Numbered from the stretch's first letter, positions 30,226 to 39,825 are shown. The stretch is 64,000 nt of DNA from Sulfurospirillum sp. (GCA_045047115.1 JASFYR010000021.1:1-64000); one strand, 5' to 3'. The notes: generated from the letters alone by a model not told the origin. Program-made: numbers and translations.

Positions 30226-31916
30226 AACAGCTCTCCTATCCTAAAGTGAAAAGCATACTGTTTTGATGGATTTGCAGTATCAAATCCCAAATCAAATGCT
30301 ATAGGTCCTATGGGAGTCTTATAACGAAGTCCAAATCCTAAGGTATTGTATCCTTTGGTAAAATCAGGCATATCACTCTGCCCTATATAGCTGTTATCAC
30401 TAAATAAAACTCCTCTAAAATCACCATAAATCGGAAATCTATACTCAGCCGTTATCTCTAAAACAGAATTTAATCCAAGAGGGTCTCCGCTAGGATTTTT
30501 AGGTCCTAATTTTCTATATGCATATGCACGGTTACTGTTCATGCCTCCTGCATAAAAACGATAAGATGCTGGCAAATCGCCACTCATTGTATGCAAAGAG
30601 CCGAAATTTACCCTAAGTGCTATGATATAGGGCAAAACAGGAATGATATATCCACCCTCCAGGCTGTACTTATAGTATGATGCATTTGAAAAAAAACTCT
30701 TTAGTGAGCCCATCACTTCAGCTTTTATAAAATACCCCTTTGTGGGTTCTAGTATATCATCTCTAGTATCATATATCGCACTGAATTTTGGTGATGAAAA
30801 AAAGAAATTGCCATTTGGATATACCTGTAAATCATCACTACCATAAATCTTTGAAAAATCAAAAATCAGACTGCTCTGAAGTATGATCTGTGAATTTCTA
30901 TGCTTTAAAAAGAGAGTCTCTAAAAACTTTTGCTCTTTAAATCCTAAAAATTTCTCATTTGAAAATTTAAGTCCGGCCCCAAATGAATTTTTATCCACCA
31001 AAGGCATATCAAAATTTACTGAGGCAGATTGTTTGAGCCCAGTATATTTTGTGCTAAAACCAAGTGTCTTAAGATTGCCCATGAAATTTCTGTTTTTTAT
31101 GCCAAGTGTTGCTTCTAGTCCCTCATCGCTGTTTATACCGGCTCCTATTTGAAACCTGATAGGCTTTCCTGCCTCAGTAATATTGATATCGGTATCTACA
31201 ACATCACTATTTTGTATATCTGTTTTGATTATCACACTAGCTATTCCTTCGTGTGCATAAAAATTTTTATAGGTATCGTTAATCTTATCTAAAGAGTATA
31301 GATCATTTTTTTTGAAATACAAAAGAGATTTTACAATCTTTCCATCTATATCTCCAGGTGTCTCTATCTTGATATCTCCAAACCTACAAAGACTGTTTCT
31401 CTTGATATCGTATGCCAGATAAGCTATGTTTTTTTCTATATCTATCCATGCTTTGGCATCGAGATTTACCTTGCAATATCCCTTTTTTTTATAAAAACGC
31501 TTTATATTTTTTTTACTCTCTTCAAACTCTTTGGCAGAAAAAATTTCACCCTTTTTAAAATGGATATAAGAGGAGAGATCAAATTTTGATAGTATAGATA
31601 TACTCTGTATAAGTATGGGTTTGCCCTCTTTTATGACTATCTTGATATCCTCTCTATCAACCTTATCTGTCACAATTGTATGGTAAAAACCTTTTGATTT
31701 ATAAAAATTTTTCAATCTGTCTTTTGCCAAAGGCAGAGTCTCCGCCTCTAACATTGGCTCTTTTTTCCAAAATTCATAAAAGTAGGGCTTATAGAGGTCT
31801 AAAGCTGTATATAATTCTCTGGTATCAATCATTCTGTTTCCAGAAAAACGAATAGGCAACACTTCTGCATATGAAAAAAGTACCAATACAAAAAACAGGA
31901 TAATTTTTCTCTTCAT
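30222..31916 (-). CDS. tamA: TamA/BamA Omp85-family outer membrane protein
   Basis: POTRA-like FYKSKGF and FYKKKGY, RFYAGGMNSNRAY, GLRYKTPIGPIAFD, terminal Phe; start MKRKII. Confidence 0.85.
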   Translation of the reverse strand: MKRKIILFFVLVLFSYAEVLPIRFSGNRMIDTRELYTALDLYKPYFYEFWKKEPMLEAETLPLAKDRLKNFYKSKGFYHTIVTDKVDREDIKIVIKEGKPILIQSISILSKFDLSSYIHFKKGEIFSAKEFEESKKNIKRFYKKKGYCKVNLDAKAWIDIEKNIAYLAYDIKRNSLCRFGDIKIETPGDIDGKIVKSLLYFKKNDLYSLDKINDTYKNFYAHEGIASVIIKTDIQNSDVVDTDINITEAGKPIRFQIGAGINSDEGLEATLGIKNRNFMGNLKTLGFSTKYTGLKQSASVNFDMPLVDKNSFGAGLKFSNEKFLGFKEQKFLETLFLKHRNSQIILQSSLIFDFSKIYGSDDLQVYPNGNFFFSSPKFSAIYDTRDDILEPTKGYFIKAEVMGSLKSFFSNASYYKYSLEGGYIIPVLPYIIALRVNFGSLHTMSGDLPASYRFYAGGMNSNRAYAYRKLGPKNPSGDPLGLNSVLEITAEYRFPIYGDFRGVLFSDNSYIGQSDMPDFTKGYNTLGFGLRYKTPIGPIAFDLGFDTANPSKQYAFHFRIGELF

Positions 31917-32030
31917 TTGCCTCAGCCTATATTTTTCTAAAATTATACCATTTAAACAATAGACTTGTTGCGATATAATCATACATCATGAATAATAATT
32001 ATTGACATAAATTTGCTATACTTTCACACC

Positions 32031-32531
32031 ATGATAAGAAAAGTGTTTAAAAAAAAGAAAAAAAAGAGCAAATTAGATAAATTTATAAAAAAATACCACA
32101 TCCCAAGAGAGTATCTCTCAGTCAATAGAAAAGCGATAACTAGGGGACTTTTAGTGGGAATTTTTTGGGGTTTTATACCTATGCCTTTTCAGATGTTAGC
32201 AGTTCTGGCTATGACTCCTTTCGCGAGATTTAATGTCCCCATAGCCATCAGTATGGTTTGGCTCAGCAATCCCGTAACTATGCCATTTATGTACTATATG
32301 GAATACCTAACGGGTGCATTTATACTCCGCAAACCTCATCTAAATGTAGAGCTAAATCTAGCATGGTTTGATGCAAATCTTGCAAATATATTTGTGCCCC
32401 TATACACTGGCACACTTTTTTATGCCATAACTATTTCTATCGCGGTATATTTTGGTGTAAATTGGCTGTGGATACACTCCGTAAGAAAAGAAAAAAGACA
32501 TGCAAAAAGAAAAAGACATGCAAAAAAATAG
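32031..32531 (+). CDS. DUF2062 family membrane protein
   Basis: GIFWGFIPMPFQ and WLSNPVTMPFMYY motifs. Confidence 0.85.
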   Translation: MIRKVFKKKKKKSKLDKFIKKYHIPREYLSVNRKAITRGLLVGIFWGFIPMPFQMLAVLAMTPFARFNVPIAISMVWLSNPVTMPFMYYMEYLTGAFILRKPHLNVELNLAWFDANLANIFVPLYTGTLFYAITISIAVYFGVNWLWIHSVRKEKRHAKRKRHAKK

Positions 32532-32653
32532 TTTAAAAGAGTTTAAAAGAGTTTAAAAGAGGGGTCAGAGTTTAAAAGAGTTTAAAAGAGGGGTCAGAGT
32601 TTAAAAGAGGGGTCAGAGAGTTTAAAAGAGGGGTCAGGGACCTTTTTTAAACT
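32531..32653. repeat. Mosaic tandem repeat of GTTTAAAAGA (x7) and GGGGTCAG (x4), ending in a hairpin
   Basis: Read directly from the sequence; lies between convergent genes. Confidence 0.9.
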
Positions 32654-32665
32654 TTTTTTAAACTT

Positions 32666-33247
32666 TTACCTCAGTGAGTTGCAAATCGTCCTGGAAACCT
32701 CATCGCAATAACCACCTATATCATTTTCCAACACATGTTCTCCATTTAAGAAGGTCATACCACCAAGTATCCCAGCTATACTCGAAAACGCTACAAAAAA
32801 ATCTTTTTGGGAAAACTCTTTGCTTTCAACTCCATCTTGGAAAAGAATCTGAACCTCATCTATAAACTCTTTTGCCAAAGAAAAACCACAATCTTCATGC
32901 TCACAAAAGAGTTCTCTATTTGATAGATAGACTCTAAAAAAATACTCTATCATCTCCGGATGTTTTTGGATAAAGCTAAAATACTCCTTCACAAAAAGTG
33001 TAACTTTTTTATTTGATGAAATATTTTGATTGTTTATGTACCTAAGATTGGATGCCAATTTTCTAGTTACAAAAACTATAGCAGCTCTCGCCAAAGATTT
33101 TTTTGACGGAAAATAGTTATAGAAATTACCCACACTCATCTTTAAATCATCAGCTATTTGTGATACAGTTGTATTATAAAATCCTTTTTTAGAGAAGATA
33201 TTAAGAGCTGTTTCTATTATTTTATTTTGTTTTCTAATTTTATTCAT
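32666..33247 (-). CDS. TetR/AcrR family regulator
   Basis: IIETALNIFSKKGFYNTTVSQIA...SVGNFYNYFPSK helix-turn-helix. Confidence 0.9.
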   Translation of the reverse strand: MNKIRKQNKIIETALNIFSKKGFYNTTVSQIADDLKMSVGNFYNYFPSKKSLARAAIVFVTRKLASNLRYINNQNISSNKKVTLFVKEYFSFIQKHPEMIEYFFRVYLSNRELFCEHEDCGFSLAKEFIDEVQILFQDGVESKEFSQKDFFVAFSSIAGILGGMTFLNGEHVLENDIGGYCDEVSRTICNSLR

Positions 33248-33395
33248 AGCCGGATCCTTCTAAATTTTTAGAATTATATCATAATATAGTAAAATATTAT
33301 ATATATAAATGAATTTTAGTTCAATTTATTTAACTTTTAACTCTACTTTCAAATGTTAGAATTTTGTACTAAATTTAAAAAAAGAGGGAGTGACT

Positions 33396-33890
33396 ATGAG
33401 AAGAGTATTAAAAATAATGACGATTTTAATCGTTGTAAGTCTTAGCTTAAGTGCAGCCACCAAGGTTGATAAAAAACTAAAAGCCCAGATGCTTTCAGCT
33501 TGGAAAACTGAGGTTAAAACCTCTCAATCCATCACAAAAAGCATAACAGATAAAGAACTCATAAAGTGGATGGAAGAGGACAAGGAGTTTATACTGGTAG
33601 ATGTCAGAGAACCAAAAGAGGTAGCAGCAGGGCATATACTAGCTATAGAATTCAAAGCCATACCTAGTGGCATGGTTTTGCCTGCAATTGGAAAAAAAGT
33701 TGCACTAAGACCAAGTCAAACCATAGTATTTTACTGCAAACTAGGCTCAAGAAGTTCATTTGTCGCAAGAGACGTTGCAAGAGTTTATGGATATAAAAAT
33801 GTGATGTATCTAAAAGGTGGGATAATGGGCTGGATTAAAAATGGGCATCAAATAAGCAATTTTATGGGAGAATTTATCGGCGTAAAATAG
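33396..33890 (+). CDS. Periplasmic single-domain rhodanese
   Basis: Signal peptide; LVDVREPKEVAAGHI, VFYCKLGSRS, YLKGGIMGW. Confidence 0.88.
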   Translation: MRRVLKIMTILIVVSLSLSAATKVDKKLKAQMLSAWKTEVKTSQSITKSITDKELIKWMEEDKEFILVDVREPKEVAAGHILAIEFKAIPSGMVLPAIGKKVALRPSQTIVFYCKLGSRSSFVARDVARVYGYKNVMYLKGGIMGWIKNGHQISNFMGEFIGVK

Positions 33891-33896
33891 CTTTTT

Positions 33897-33922
33897 AGAC
33901 TTGTGGACTTATCCACAAGTCT
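33897..33922. terminator. Hairpin between convergent rhodanese and wtpB (likely bidirectional terminator)
   Basis: AGACTTGTGGA-CTTA-TCCACAAGTCT, perfect 11-bp stem. Confidence 0.7.
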
Positions 33923-33937
33923 CTATTTTTATAGAAT

Positions 33938-34681
33938 TTAGTTTAGTCTATTATTTATAAATCTGATTGATAAAAACAGAAGTATAGATACAAGTATCAT
34001 ACTGGCAGCCACGGGGGCTGAATAGTTTAAACCATAATTATTAAATCTATCATATATTAGCACCGGAGCGACCATCGGATGATAGGCTATAATGACTACT
34101 GCACCAAACTCGCCCAGTCCCCTGCTCCACATCATCAAAGCACCATTTATGATATCGTTTCTGGCATTTGGCAAAACTATAGAGAAAAAAGCACTCATTC
34201 TGCTCGCCCCCAGTGTTCTTGCAACATATTCATACTTTACATCTACTTTTTTAAAACCCTCTTTTGCTCCGTTTATCAAAAATGGGGCAGAGAGAAACAT
34301 CATGGCGCTTACTATACCTGTCGTTGTATCTATAAAGTCTATATATCCATTGCTAAATGCAATCAAAAGCGCGATACCTGCAGCAGTATGAGGAACCATC
34401 ACCGGAATGTCAAGTATGGACTCAAGTGCTGACTTTCCCCAAAAGTCATATCTTGCTATCAGATAAGCTAACGGTATGCCTGTAAAACAGACAAAAACTA
34501 CAGCATAAAATGCACTTTTAAGAGTCAAAAATATACTGTCATACACCTCTTTGTCCTGAATAGTTTTAAAGATATTTAAAACTCCCACACTCACAAAAAG
34601 TTTTATCAATGGTATGGTTAAAAAAAGCACCAAAATAGAAGCTAGAAACATAAATATCAGTATAAATCCTTTGTCTTTCAT
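33938..34681 (-). CDS. wtpB: Tungstate/molybdate ABC permease
   Basis: LDIPVMVPHTAAGIALL, EYVARTLGA, WSRGLGEFGAV. Confidence 0.85.
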   Translation of the reverse strand: MKDKGFILIFMFLASILVLFLTIPLIKLFVSVGVLNIFKTIQDKEVYDSIFLTLKSAFYAVVFVCFTGIPLAYLIARYDFWGKSALESILDIPVMVPHTAAGIALLIAFSNGYIDFIDTTTGIVSAMMFLSAPFLINGAKEGFKKVDVKYEYVARTLGASRMSAFFSIVLPNARNDIINGALMMWSRGLGEFGAVVIIAYHPMVAPVLIYDRFNNYGLNYSAPVAASMILVSILLFLSIRFINNRLN

Positions 34682-35655
34682 ATAAATGCCACATCCTTTT
34701 TATCTATATATATGTATGTCTTTTGCCCCTCTTGTAACTCTTTCCCGTCAAATGCACTCTTATGCACTTTACAAAAAAATGTCTCATTACCGACTTTGGC
34801 AAAGACTTTATAATGGTCACTGATACCCATTATATTTTCTATCTCACAGGCAAAACAGTAAACATCATCTCTTTTTTCATCTCCAAAATTTATCTTGTTT
34901 GGATCAACGCTAAAGTATCTGTTTTTTTGTCCAAAGCCCAAAATTGTAGCAGGGAATATATTTTTAAAACCCAAAAATTTTGCCACCTCTATATTTTTTG
35001 GCTGATTTAGAACTTCATAAGTATCTCCGATTTGAAGAATTCTACCATCCAAAAGGACTGCAACTCTATCGGCCAAAAATGAAGCTTCTCTAAAATTGTG
35101 TGTTACATGTATGATAGTCATGTTATATCTCTTGACTATATCTTTGAGTGATTTCATAATAGAATTTCTAAAGGTCGGGTCAACTGCACTAAGAGGTTCA
35201 TCCAAAAGCAAAAGTTTAGGTCTCGAATATATTGCCCTTGCGATTGCAACTCTCTGTTTTTCTCCTCCGCTCAAATGCTTGGTATCTCTTGTGAGAATAT
35301 TTTTGATTCTCAAAAATGTCACCAAATCTTCAAAAAGATCATCCTTGCCCTCAATTTTTTTATATCTTGAAGAGAATTTTATATTTTTCTCAACACTCAT
35401 ATTTGGAAAGAGTATAAAATCCTGATAAACAAATCCGAAATTTCTCTTCTCAGGCAAAATATCAGTGACATCCACACCATCACAAGAGATACTTCCTTCT
35501 ATCTTCTGTATCCCGGCAAGAGCTTCAAGAAGCATGGTCTTTCCACTCCCTGTCCGACCCAGTATGACAAAATAAGAGTGCTTATCAACTTCAAAAGAGA
35601 GCTTGTGCAAGACAAAGCTCCCTCTTTTTAAAAATAAATTTTTAACCTCTAACAT
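34678..35655 (-). CDS. wtpC: Tungstate/molybdate ABC ATP-binding subunit
   Basis: GRTGSGKT, LSGGEKQRVAIARA, LDEPLSA, C-terminal TOBE-like region. Confidence 0.82.
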   Translation of the reverse strand: MLEVKNLFLKRGSFVLHKLSFEVDKHSYFVILGRTGSGKTMLLEALAGIQKIEGSISCDGVDVTDILPEKRNFGFVYQDFILFPNMSVEKNIKFSSRYKKIEGKDDLFEDLVTFLRIKNILTRDTKHLSGGEKQRVAIARAIYSRPKLLLLDEPLSAVDPTFRNSIMKSLKDIVKRYNMTIIHVTHNFREASFLADRVAVLLDGRILQIGDTYEVLNQPKNIEVAKFLGFKNIFPATILGFGQKNRYFSVDPNKINFGDEKRDDVYCFACEIENIMGISDHYKVFAKVGNETFFCKVHKSAFDGKELQEGQKTYIYIDKKDVAFI

Positions 35656-35662
35656 CTCTCTC

Positions 35663-36628
35663 CTATTTCAATATACTATCATCACCAGTAATAACCGGTG
35701 GATTTATAACACCTTGTCCGTTTTTCTTCATGATGGCTTGCCCCTCAGGGCTTAAGACAAAGTTTACAAACTTAACCGCTCCATCTTTGTCTCTTGGCAG
35801 GTTTTTTTCTCTATTTTGCACAACTGTTATACCATAGACCATGGCTGAGCCTTTTTTGGTTATCCAAGTTCCCGGTTTTTTGCCTGTGATTTTAAATATA
35901 GCCTGCTTATAAAACTTACTATATTTTTTACTCCTTAGACTTACTTGCGGAGGCAGAATTATATACTTTAACCCATGTTGCTCGGCAACAGATTTATAGA
36001 TATACAAGTAGTCATAAGCACCTGCCTCCAAAAGTCCAAGCAAATCAGTCTCTTTTGGTCTGACAATCACTTTGTCTCTGTTTTCTTCACCATTTTTATA
36101 GCTATCCCCATAACCCAGAAGTTTATCATAAAATCCCGGTTTTTTATAGTAAACCTGAGCTAATTTGGTCACCAATATACTTCTATAACCACAAGGGTCA
36201 AGATTTGGATTTGAATGCCCTATCTTCACACCTTTTTTCAAAAATATATCTGGCCAGTTTTTTGCATTTATCTCATTTGAATATTTTGATTTGGCAGTAT
36301 AGGCTATCACCATCTCGTTTGTCACAAACTGAGCGTTAAACTTTGCAAATTTTGGTATCAAAAGGTTATCTATTACCTTATAAGCTGCACTTGCCATGAC
36401 ATCAGCAGGTTTGCCGATATCTGTTATCTTTCTGGCACATGCTCTGCTTCCCGCCGGTTCTCTTACTACATCAAACTGAGGGTACTTTGCCTCAAAAGCT
36501 TTCTCTATTTGGGCAAACGGAACAGACAGGCTTCCTGCATGAAATACTACTACTTTTTCTTTAGCGAACATAAAAGAAGTAACCAAACCTAATGTCAAGG
36601 CGAAACTTCCAAATCTTCTCATCATCAT
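35663..36628 (-). CDS. wtpA: Tungstate/molybdate-binding protein WtpA
   Basis: VFHAGSLSVPF, REPAGS, SNPNLDPCGYR, RPKETDLL, YLYIYKSVA; WtpA-type rather than ModA or TupA. Confidence 0.88.
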   Translation of the reverse strand: MMMRRFGSFALTLGLVTSFMFAKEKVVVFHAGSLSVPFAQIEKAFEAKYPQFDVVREPAGSRACARKITDIGKPADVMASAAYKVIDNLLIPKFAKFNAQFVTNEMVIAYTAKSKYSNEINAKNWPDIFLKKGVKIGHSNPNLDPCGYRSILVTKLAQVYYKKPGFYDKLLGYGDSYKNGEENRDKVIVRPKETDLLGLLEAGAYDYLYIYKSVAEQHGLKYIILPPQVSLRSKKYSKFYKQAIFKITGKKPGTWITKKGSAMVYGITVVQNREKNLPRDKDGAVKFVNFVLSPEGQAIMKKNGQGVINPPVITGDDSILK

Positions 36629-36643
36629 ATTCTCCTTTTTTAG

Positions 36644-36662
36644 ATATGCAATTTTAGCATAT
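36644..36662. promoter_or_regulatory. ATATGC-N7-GCATAT palindrome overlapping the wtpA extended -10
   Basis: ATATGCAATTTTAGCATAT; the minus strand contains TGcTAAAAT; second copy at 38236. Confidence 0.65.
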
Positions 36663-36702
36663 TAGTTTTTGATACTCTGCATGCAGAGCACCTTTTTAAC
36701 AA

Positions 36703-37440
36703 TTAATTTTTAAAATCCCTATCATTTCTGGGTTTCAAAAATAACTCTTTAAACCTCTTGTTTGCAAACTCTTCTATCTCTCTTTGAAGCTGCTTATATT
36801 TACTAATATACTCGTTTGCTAACGGCGTAAGTGTTGTGCCTCGATCAGCTCCTCCGCCTTTTTTGGTTATCACCAAGGTATCATCTAGATTTTTTTGTAG
36901 CAATTTGATATGAGACCATGCTTTTTTATAGTTCATACCCAAATTTTCAGCCGCTTTTGCAATTGATCCTACTTTTTGTATCTCCAAAAGCACCTCTGTT
37001 TTTCCTTTTCCGAAAAGCAACTCTTTTTTCTCATTTTCCATCCAGGTTTTTGTCTTTACATAGAGTCTCGTTCTTCTTTTTTCTTTAAAACATCCGAGTT
37101 CACAAAAATTTACATCTATATTTTTGACTTCCAAAGTTCCTCGAATAGCCTTGAGCCCTATACCTGAAGCTATGCTTCTTGCATCTGCACATGTGACTTT
37201 ATTTTCCTTGTTTACAAACCTTTTTAATCTCTCATAAGCCTCTTTGGAGTAGTCTCCTTTTTCTAGTTTTCCAAACTGTCCAAGTCCGCACTCGCTGATG
37301 CGAATACCCATATTTTTTGTTTTTTGTCCGACTTCACCGATAGGAGTTTTCGTCTTAGCTGAAATCTTATATGCTTGCGCACAAGTCAGTTTTCCCTCTT
37401 CATTTAAAGAGCTTTTTATAATCTCCTCTACACTAGACAT
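36703..37440 (-). CDS. modE: ModE-like regulator (epsilonproteobacterial type, two Cys-rich N-terminal repeats + wHTH)
   Basis: LLFGKGKTEVL...GSIAKAAENLGMNYKKAW...GGG...GTTLT; repeats LTCAQA...ECGLGQF and VTCADA...FCELGCF. Confidence 0.8.
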   Translation of the reverse strand: MSSVEEIIKSSLNEEGKLTCAQAYKISAKTKTPIGEVGQKTKNMGIRISECGLGQFGKLEKGDYSKEAYERLKRFVNKENKVTCADARSIASGIGLKAIRGTLEVKNIDVNFCELGCFKEKRRTRLYVKTKTWMENEKKELLFGKGKTEVLLEIQKVGSIAKAAENLGMNYKKAWSHIKLLQKNLDDTLVITKKGGGADRGTTLTPLANEYISKYKQLQREIEEFANKRFKELFLKPRNDRDFKN

Positions 37441-38215
37441 TTATCCTCCTTGGATGTCTGTATATATTCATCTTTTCACCTCTTACAAACCCTACCAAAG
37501 TTAATCCGAATTTTTCAGCTATCATTAAACCCAGGCAAGTTGATGCTGTCCTAGAAGCCAGGATTGGTATCTGATGCATCACCGCTTTTGCCACCATTTC
37601 AGAGCTGAGTCGTCCACTGACCATCAAAAATGCTTTTTTTACATCAAATCCAGCCATTAGTGCTTTGCCTACAGCTTTATCTATCGTATTATGCTGAGCT
37701 ATATCTTCACCTATAAAGTAATTGTTCTCATCAAAATATAGTTTTGCGGTATGCACACATCCTGTCTCTTCGTATAACGGGCACTGTGTATAAAACTTGC
37801 CCATCTGCTCAAAAAGCAAAGTCGCATCTATACTCAAATCACTTTGAATCACCTTTGCTTCTATGGCCTCGGGGTCTATGTTTGCTGTCATACTCTTTCC
37901 GCATCCACTAATCACAACACCCTCGGCATCGAGTTTTTTGATATTTTGCTCATTTGCAAGAGCTGTTATATCTACTCTCATACCATCATTTAAAAGTTCG
38001 ATTTTTTCTATGTCATCAATACCAGATATGATATTTTCACTCATCAAATACCCAACCACCAATGCCTCTTGGTCAACTGGTGTTGCCATCACTGCGCCTA
38101 CTCTCTTTTTATTTACAAAAATTTCAAGCTTAATCTCTCTGACAAGAGTATCTTTTACCTCTGTTTTTTTACCATTTTTTATCTTTGTAACTTCAGTTTG
38201 ATATGTCGGTTCCAT
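37433..38215 (-). CDS. fdhD: Formate dehydrogenase sulfurtransferase FdhD
   Basis: ISGCG, TGCVHTA, EDIAQHNTIDKAVG, SGRLSSEMVAK, GFVRG. Confidence 0.92.
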   Translation of the reverse strand: MEPTYQTEVTKIKNGKKTEVKDTLVREIKLEIFVNKKRVGAVMATPVDQEALVVGYLMSENIISGIDDIEKIELLNDGMRVDITALANEQNIKKLDAEGVVISGCGKSMTANIDPEAIEAKVIQSDLSIDATLLFEQMGKFYTQCPLYEETGCVHTAKLYFDENNYFIGEDIAQHNTIDKAVGKALMAGFDVKKAFLMVSGRLSSEMVAKAVMHQIPILASRTASTCLGLMIAEKFGLTLVGFVRGEKMNIYRHPRRINV

Positions 38216-38235
38216 TGTTTTTCCTCATATATTAA

Positions 38236-38254
38236 ATATGCTATTTTTGCATAT
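38236..38254. promoter_or_regulatory. ATATGC-N7-GCATAT palindrome upstream of fdhD-modE
   Basis: (AA)ATATGCTATTTTTGCATAT(TT). Confidence 0.65.
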
Positions 38255-38275
38255 TTATACATAAATATTGATTAA

Positions 38276-38299
38276 CCCAGGAGCATCTCTGCCCCTGAG
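38276..38299 (-). terminator. Stem-loop after fdhC
   Basis: CUCAGGGGCA-GAGA-UGCUCCUGGG, GNRA loop. Confidence 0.6.
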
Positions 38300-38304
38300 C
38301 TATA

Positions 38305-39228
38305 TTATATTTTACCCTCTTTTTTGAGCTTTTTATAAAATGAGCTGTGCATATATCGCACTTCATCCTCGCTTTTATGCCCATCTATCATGCTGCCAAG
38401 AGATCCCTTGATAGCAAACAAAGACATATACATATGAGTGATAAAGAGTGCAACTATAGCCATACCCAAAAAGTTATGTACTATGGCGGAGATTCGGATG
38501 ATATCTATCTGATCAAGTTTCAAACCACTTAAGATAGCTAGGTTAAAGTCTTGAAAATACATCATAGCACCTGTGATTATCATCACAAAACCTCCTAAAA
38601 TCGCCAACCAAAACCACATCTTCTGTCCAGCATTGAATTGACCTGCCGGCACTACTACTTTTTTCTTTGTCAGGTATCCACCCAGCATAAAAAGCCATTT
38701 TACATCATCAAAAGTGGGTAACATCGGAATTAGCCACATTAAAAACATAGGAATTGCGGAAATCAAAAACAATACCGTTCCTATGCTGTGTAGATATCTG
38801 GCAGTCAATACTAATTCACCGCCACCTAACTCTTTGCCAAATATCATCATAAAACCAGTTGGCACAATTATCACAAAAGCCAAAGCAGCCATCCAGTGTA
38901 TAATCCTCTTAAACACCGAATAAACATATATACCCTTGCCCTCGTGTGAAAACTTCTTTGGTCCTATAACAATATAGTGCAAAAAGAATACTACAATAAC
39001 ACCCAGCGCTATGCCAAAAAACAGTACCCTAAACCAATGAACCTGAAGATAAACAAAAAGTTCACCCCAAGCCTGATAGTGCAAAATATTATGCAAAAGT
39101 TCCGGGGAGTTTAAGCGACTCCCCGAAAAATGAACATTATTTGCTTTTTCTACCAATGGTACTTTTCCTATAAATTCTCTGGCAAATAGACCAAGAGCCA
39201 AAGAGATAAATACCATTAACTTTTTCAT
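38305..39228 (-). CDS. fdhC: Formate dehydrogenase cytochrome b subunit
   Basis: RIIHW, RYLHS, GQFNAGQKMWFW, IVHN, THMYM haem-ligand His residues. Confidence 0.92.
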   Translation of the reverse strand: MKKLMVFISLALGLFAREFIGKVPLVEKANNVHFSGSRLNSPELLHNILHYQAWGELFVYLQVHWFRVLFFGIALGVIVVFFLHYIVIGPKKFSHEGKGIYVYSVFKRIIHWMAALAFVIIVPTGFMMIFGKELGGGELVLTARYLHSIGTVLFLISAIPMFLMWLIPMLPTFDDVKWLFMLGGYLTKKKVVVPAGQFNAGQKMWFWLAILGGFVMIITGAMMYFQDFNLAILSGLKLDQIDIIRISAIVHNFLGMAIVALFITHMYMSLFAIKGSLGSMIDGHKSEDEVRYMHSSFYKKLKKEGKI

Positions 39229-39231
39229 GGC

Positions 39232-39825
39232 TTATCCTTTATAGGCTGTACTCCAGCCATATGGTACACCAACTACTCCCTTTCCTCTGCTCATCACTCT
39301 TTTTCTGTAGATGTCTGCAACTTCAACTGCATCACCGACAATAAGGGCATTTGTAGAACAGACTGCCGCGCACATAGGAACTTTGCCCTCTGCGATTCTG
39401 TTTTGACCATACAACTCTCTCTCTTTGATTGAGTTTGTAGGCTCAGGACCTCCGGCACACATAGTACACTTATCCATAACGCCTCTTGTGCCAAATGCAC
39501 CGTCTTTTGGAAATTGAGGAGCACCAAACGGACAGGCATACAGACAATACCCACAACCTATACATATAGTTTTATCATGCAAAACTATACCGTCATCTCT
39601 GATATAAAAACAATCAACCGGACAAACTTGCTCACATGGTGCATCTGTACAGTGCATACATGCAACCGACACAGAGAACTCTTGTCCTTCCATTCCTTCA
39701 TTAACTGTTACAACTTTTCTTCTACTTATGCCAACGGAGAGCTCATTTGCTTCTTCGCAGGCAACAGCACAACCTAAACACTCTATACATCTGCCTTCAT
39801 CGCAGTAAAATTTCATTCTTGCCAT
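39232..39825 (-). CDS. fdhB: Formate dehydrogenase Fe-S subunit
   Basis: Four Cys clusters: CIECLGC, CMHC..CEQVCP, CIGCGYC..CP, CTMC..CAAVC. Confidence 0.95.
   Translation of the reverse strand: MARMKFYCDEGRCIECLGCAVACEEANELSVGISRRKVVTVNEGMEGQEFSVSVACMHCTDAPCEQVCPVDCFYIRDDGIVLHDKTICIGCGYCLYACPFGAPQFPKDGAFGTRGVMDKCTMCAGGPEPTNSIKERELYGQNRIAEGKVPMCAAVCSTNALIVGDAVEVADIYRKRVMSRGKGVVGVPYGWSTAYKG

Noticed and set aside
32531..32653. CRISPR array
   Set aside because: Units are 9-10 bp and contiguous, with no unique spacers and no cas genes.
33909..33917. DnaA box TTATCCACA / replication origin
   Set aside because: Single copy inside a terminator-like hairpin between convergent genes; no box cluster and no dnaA.
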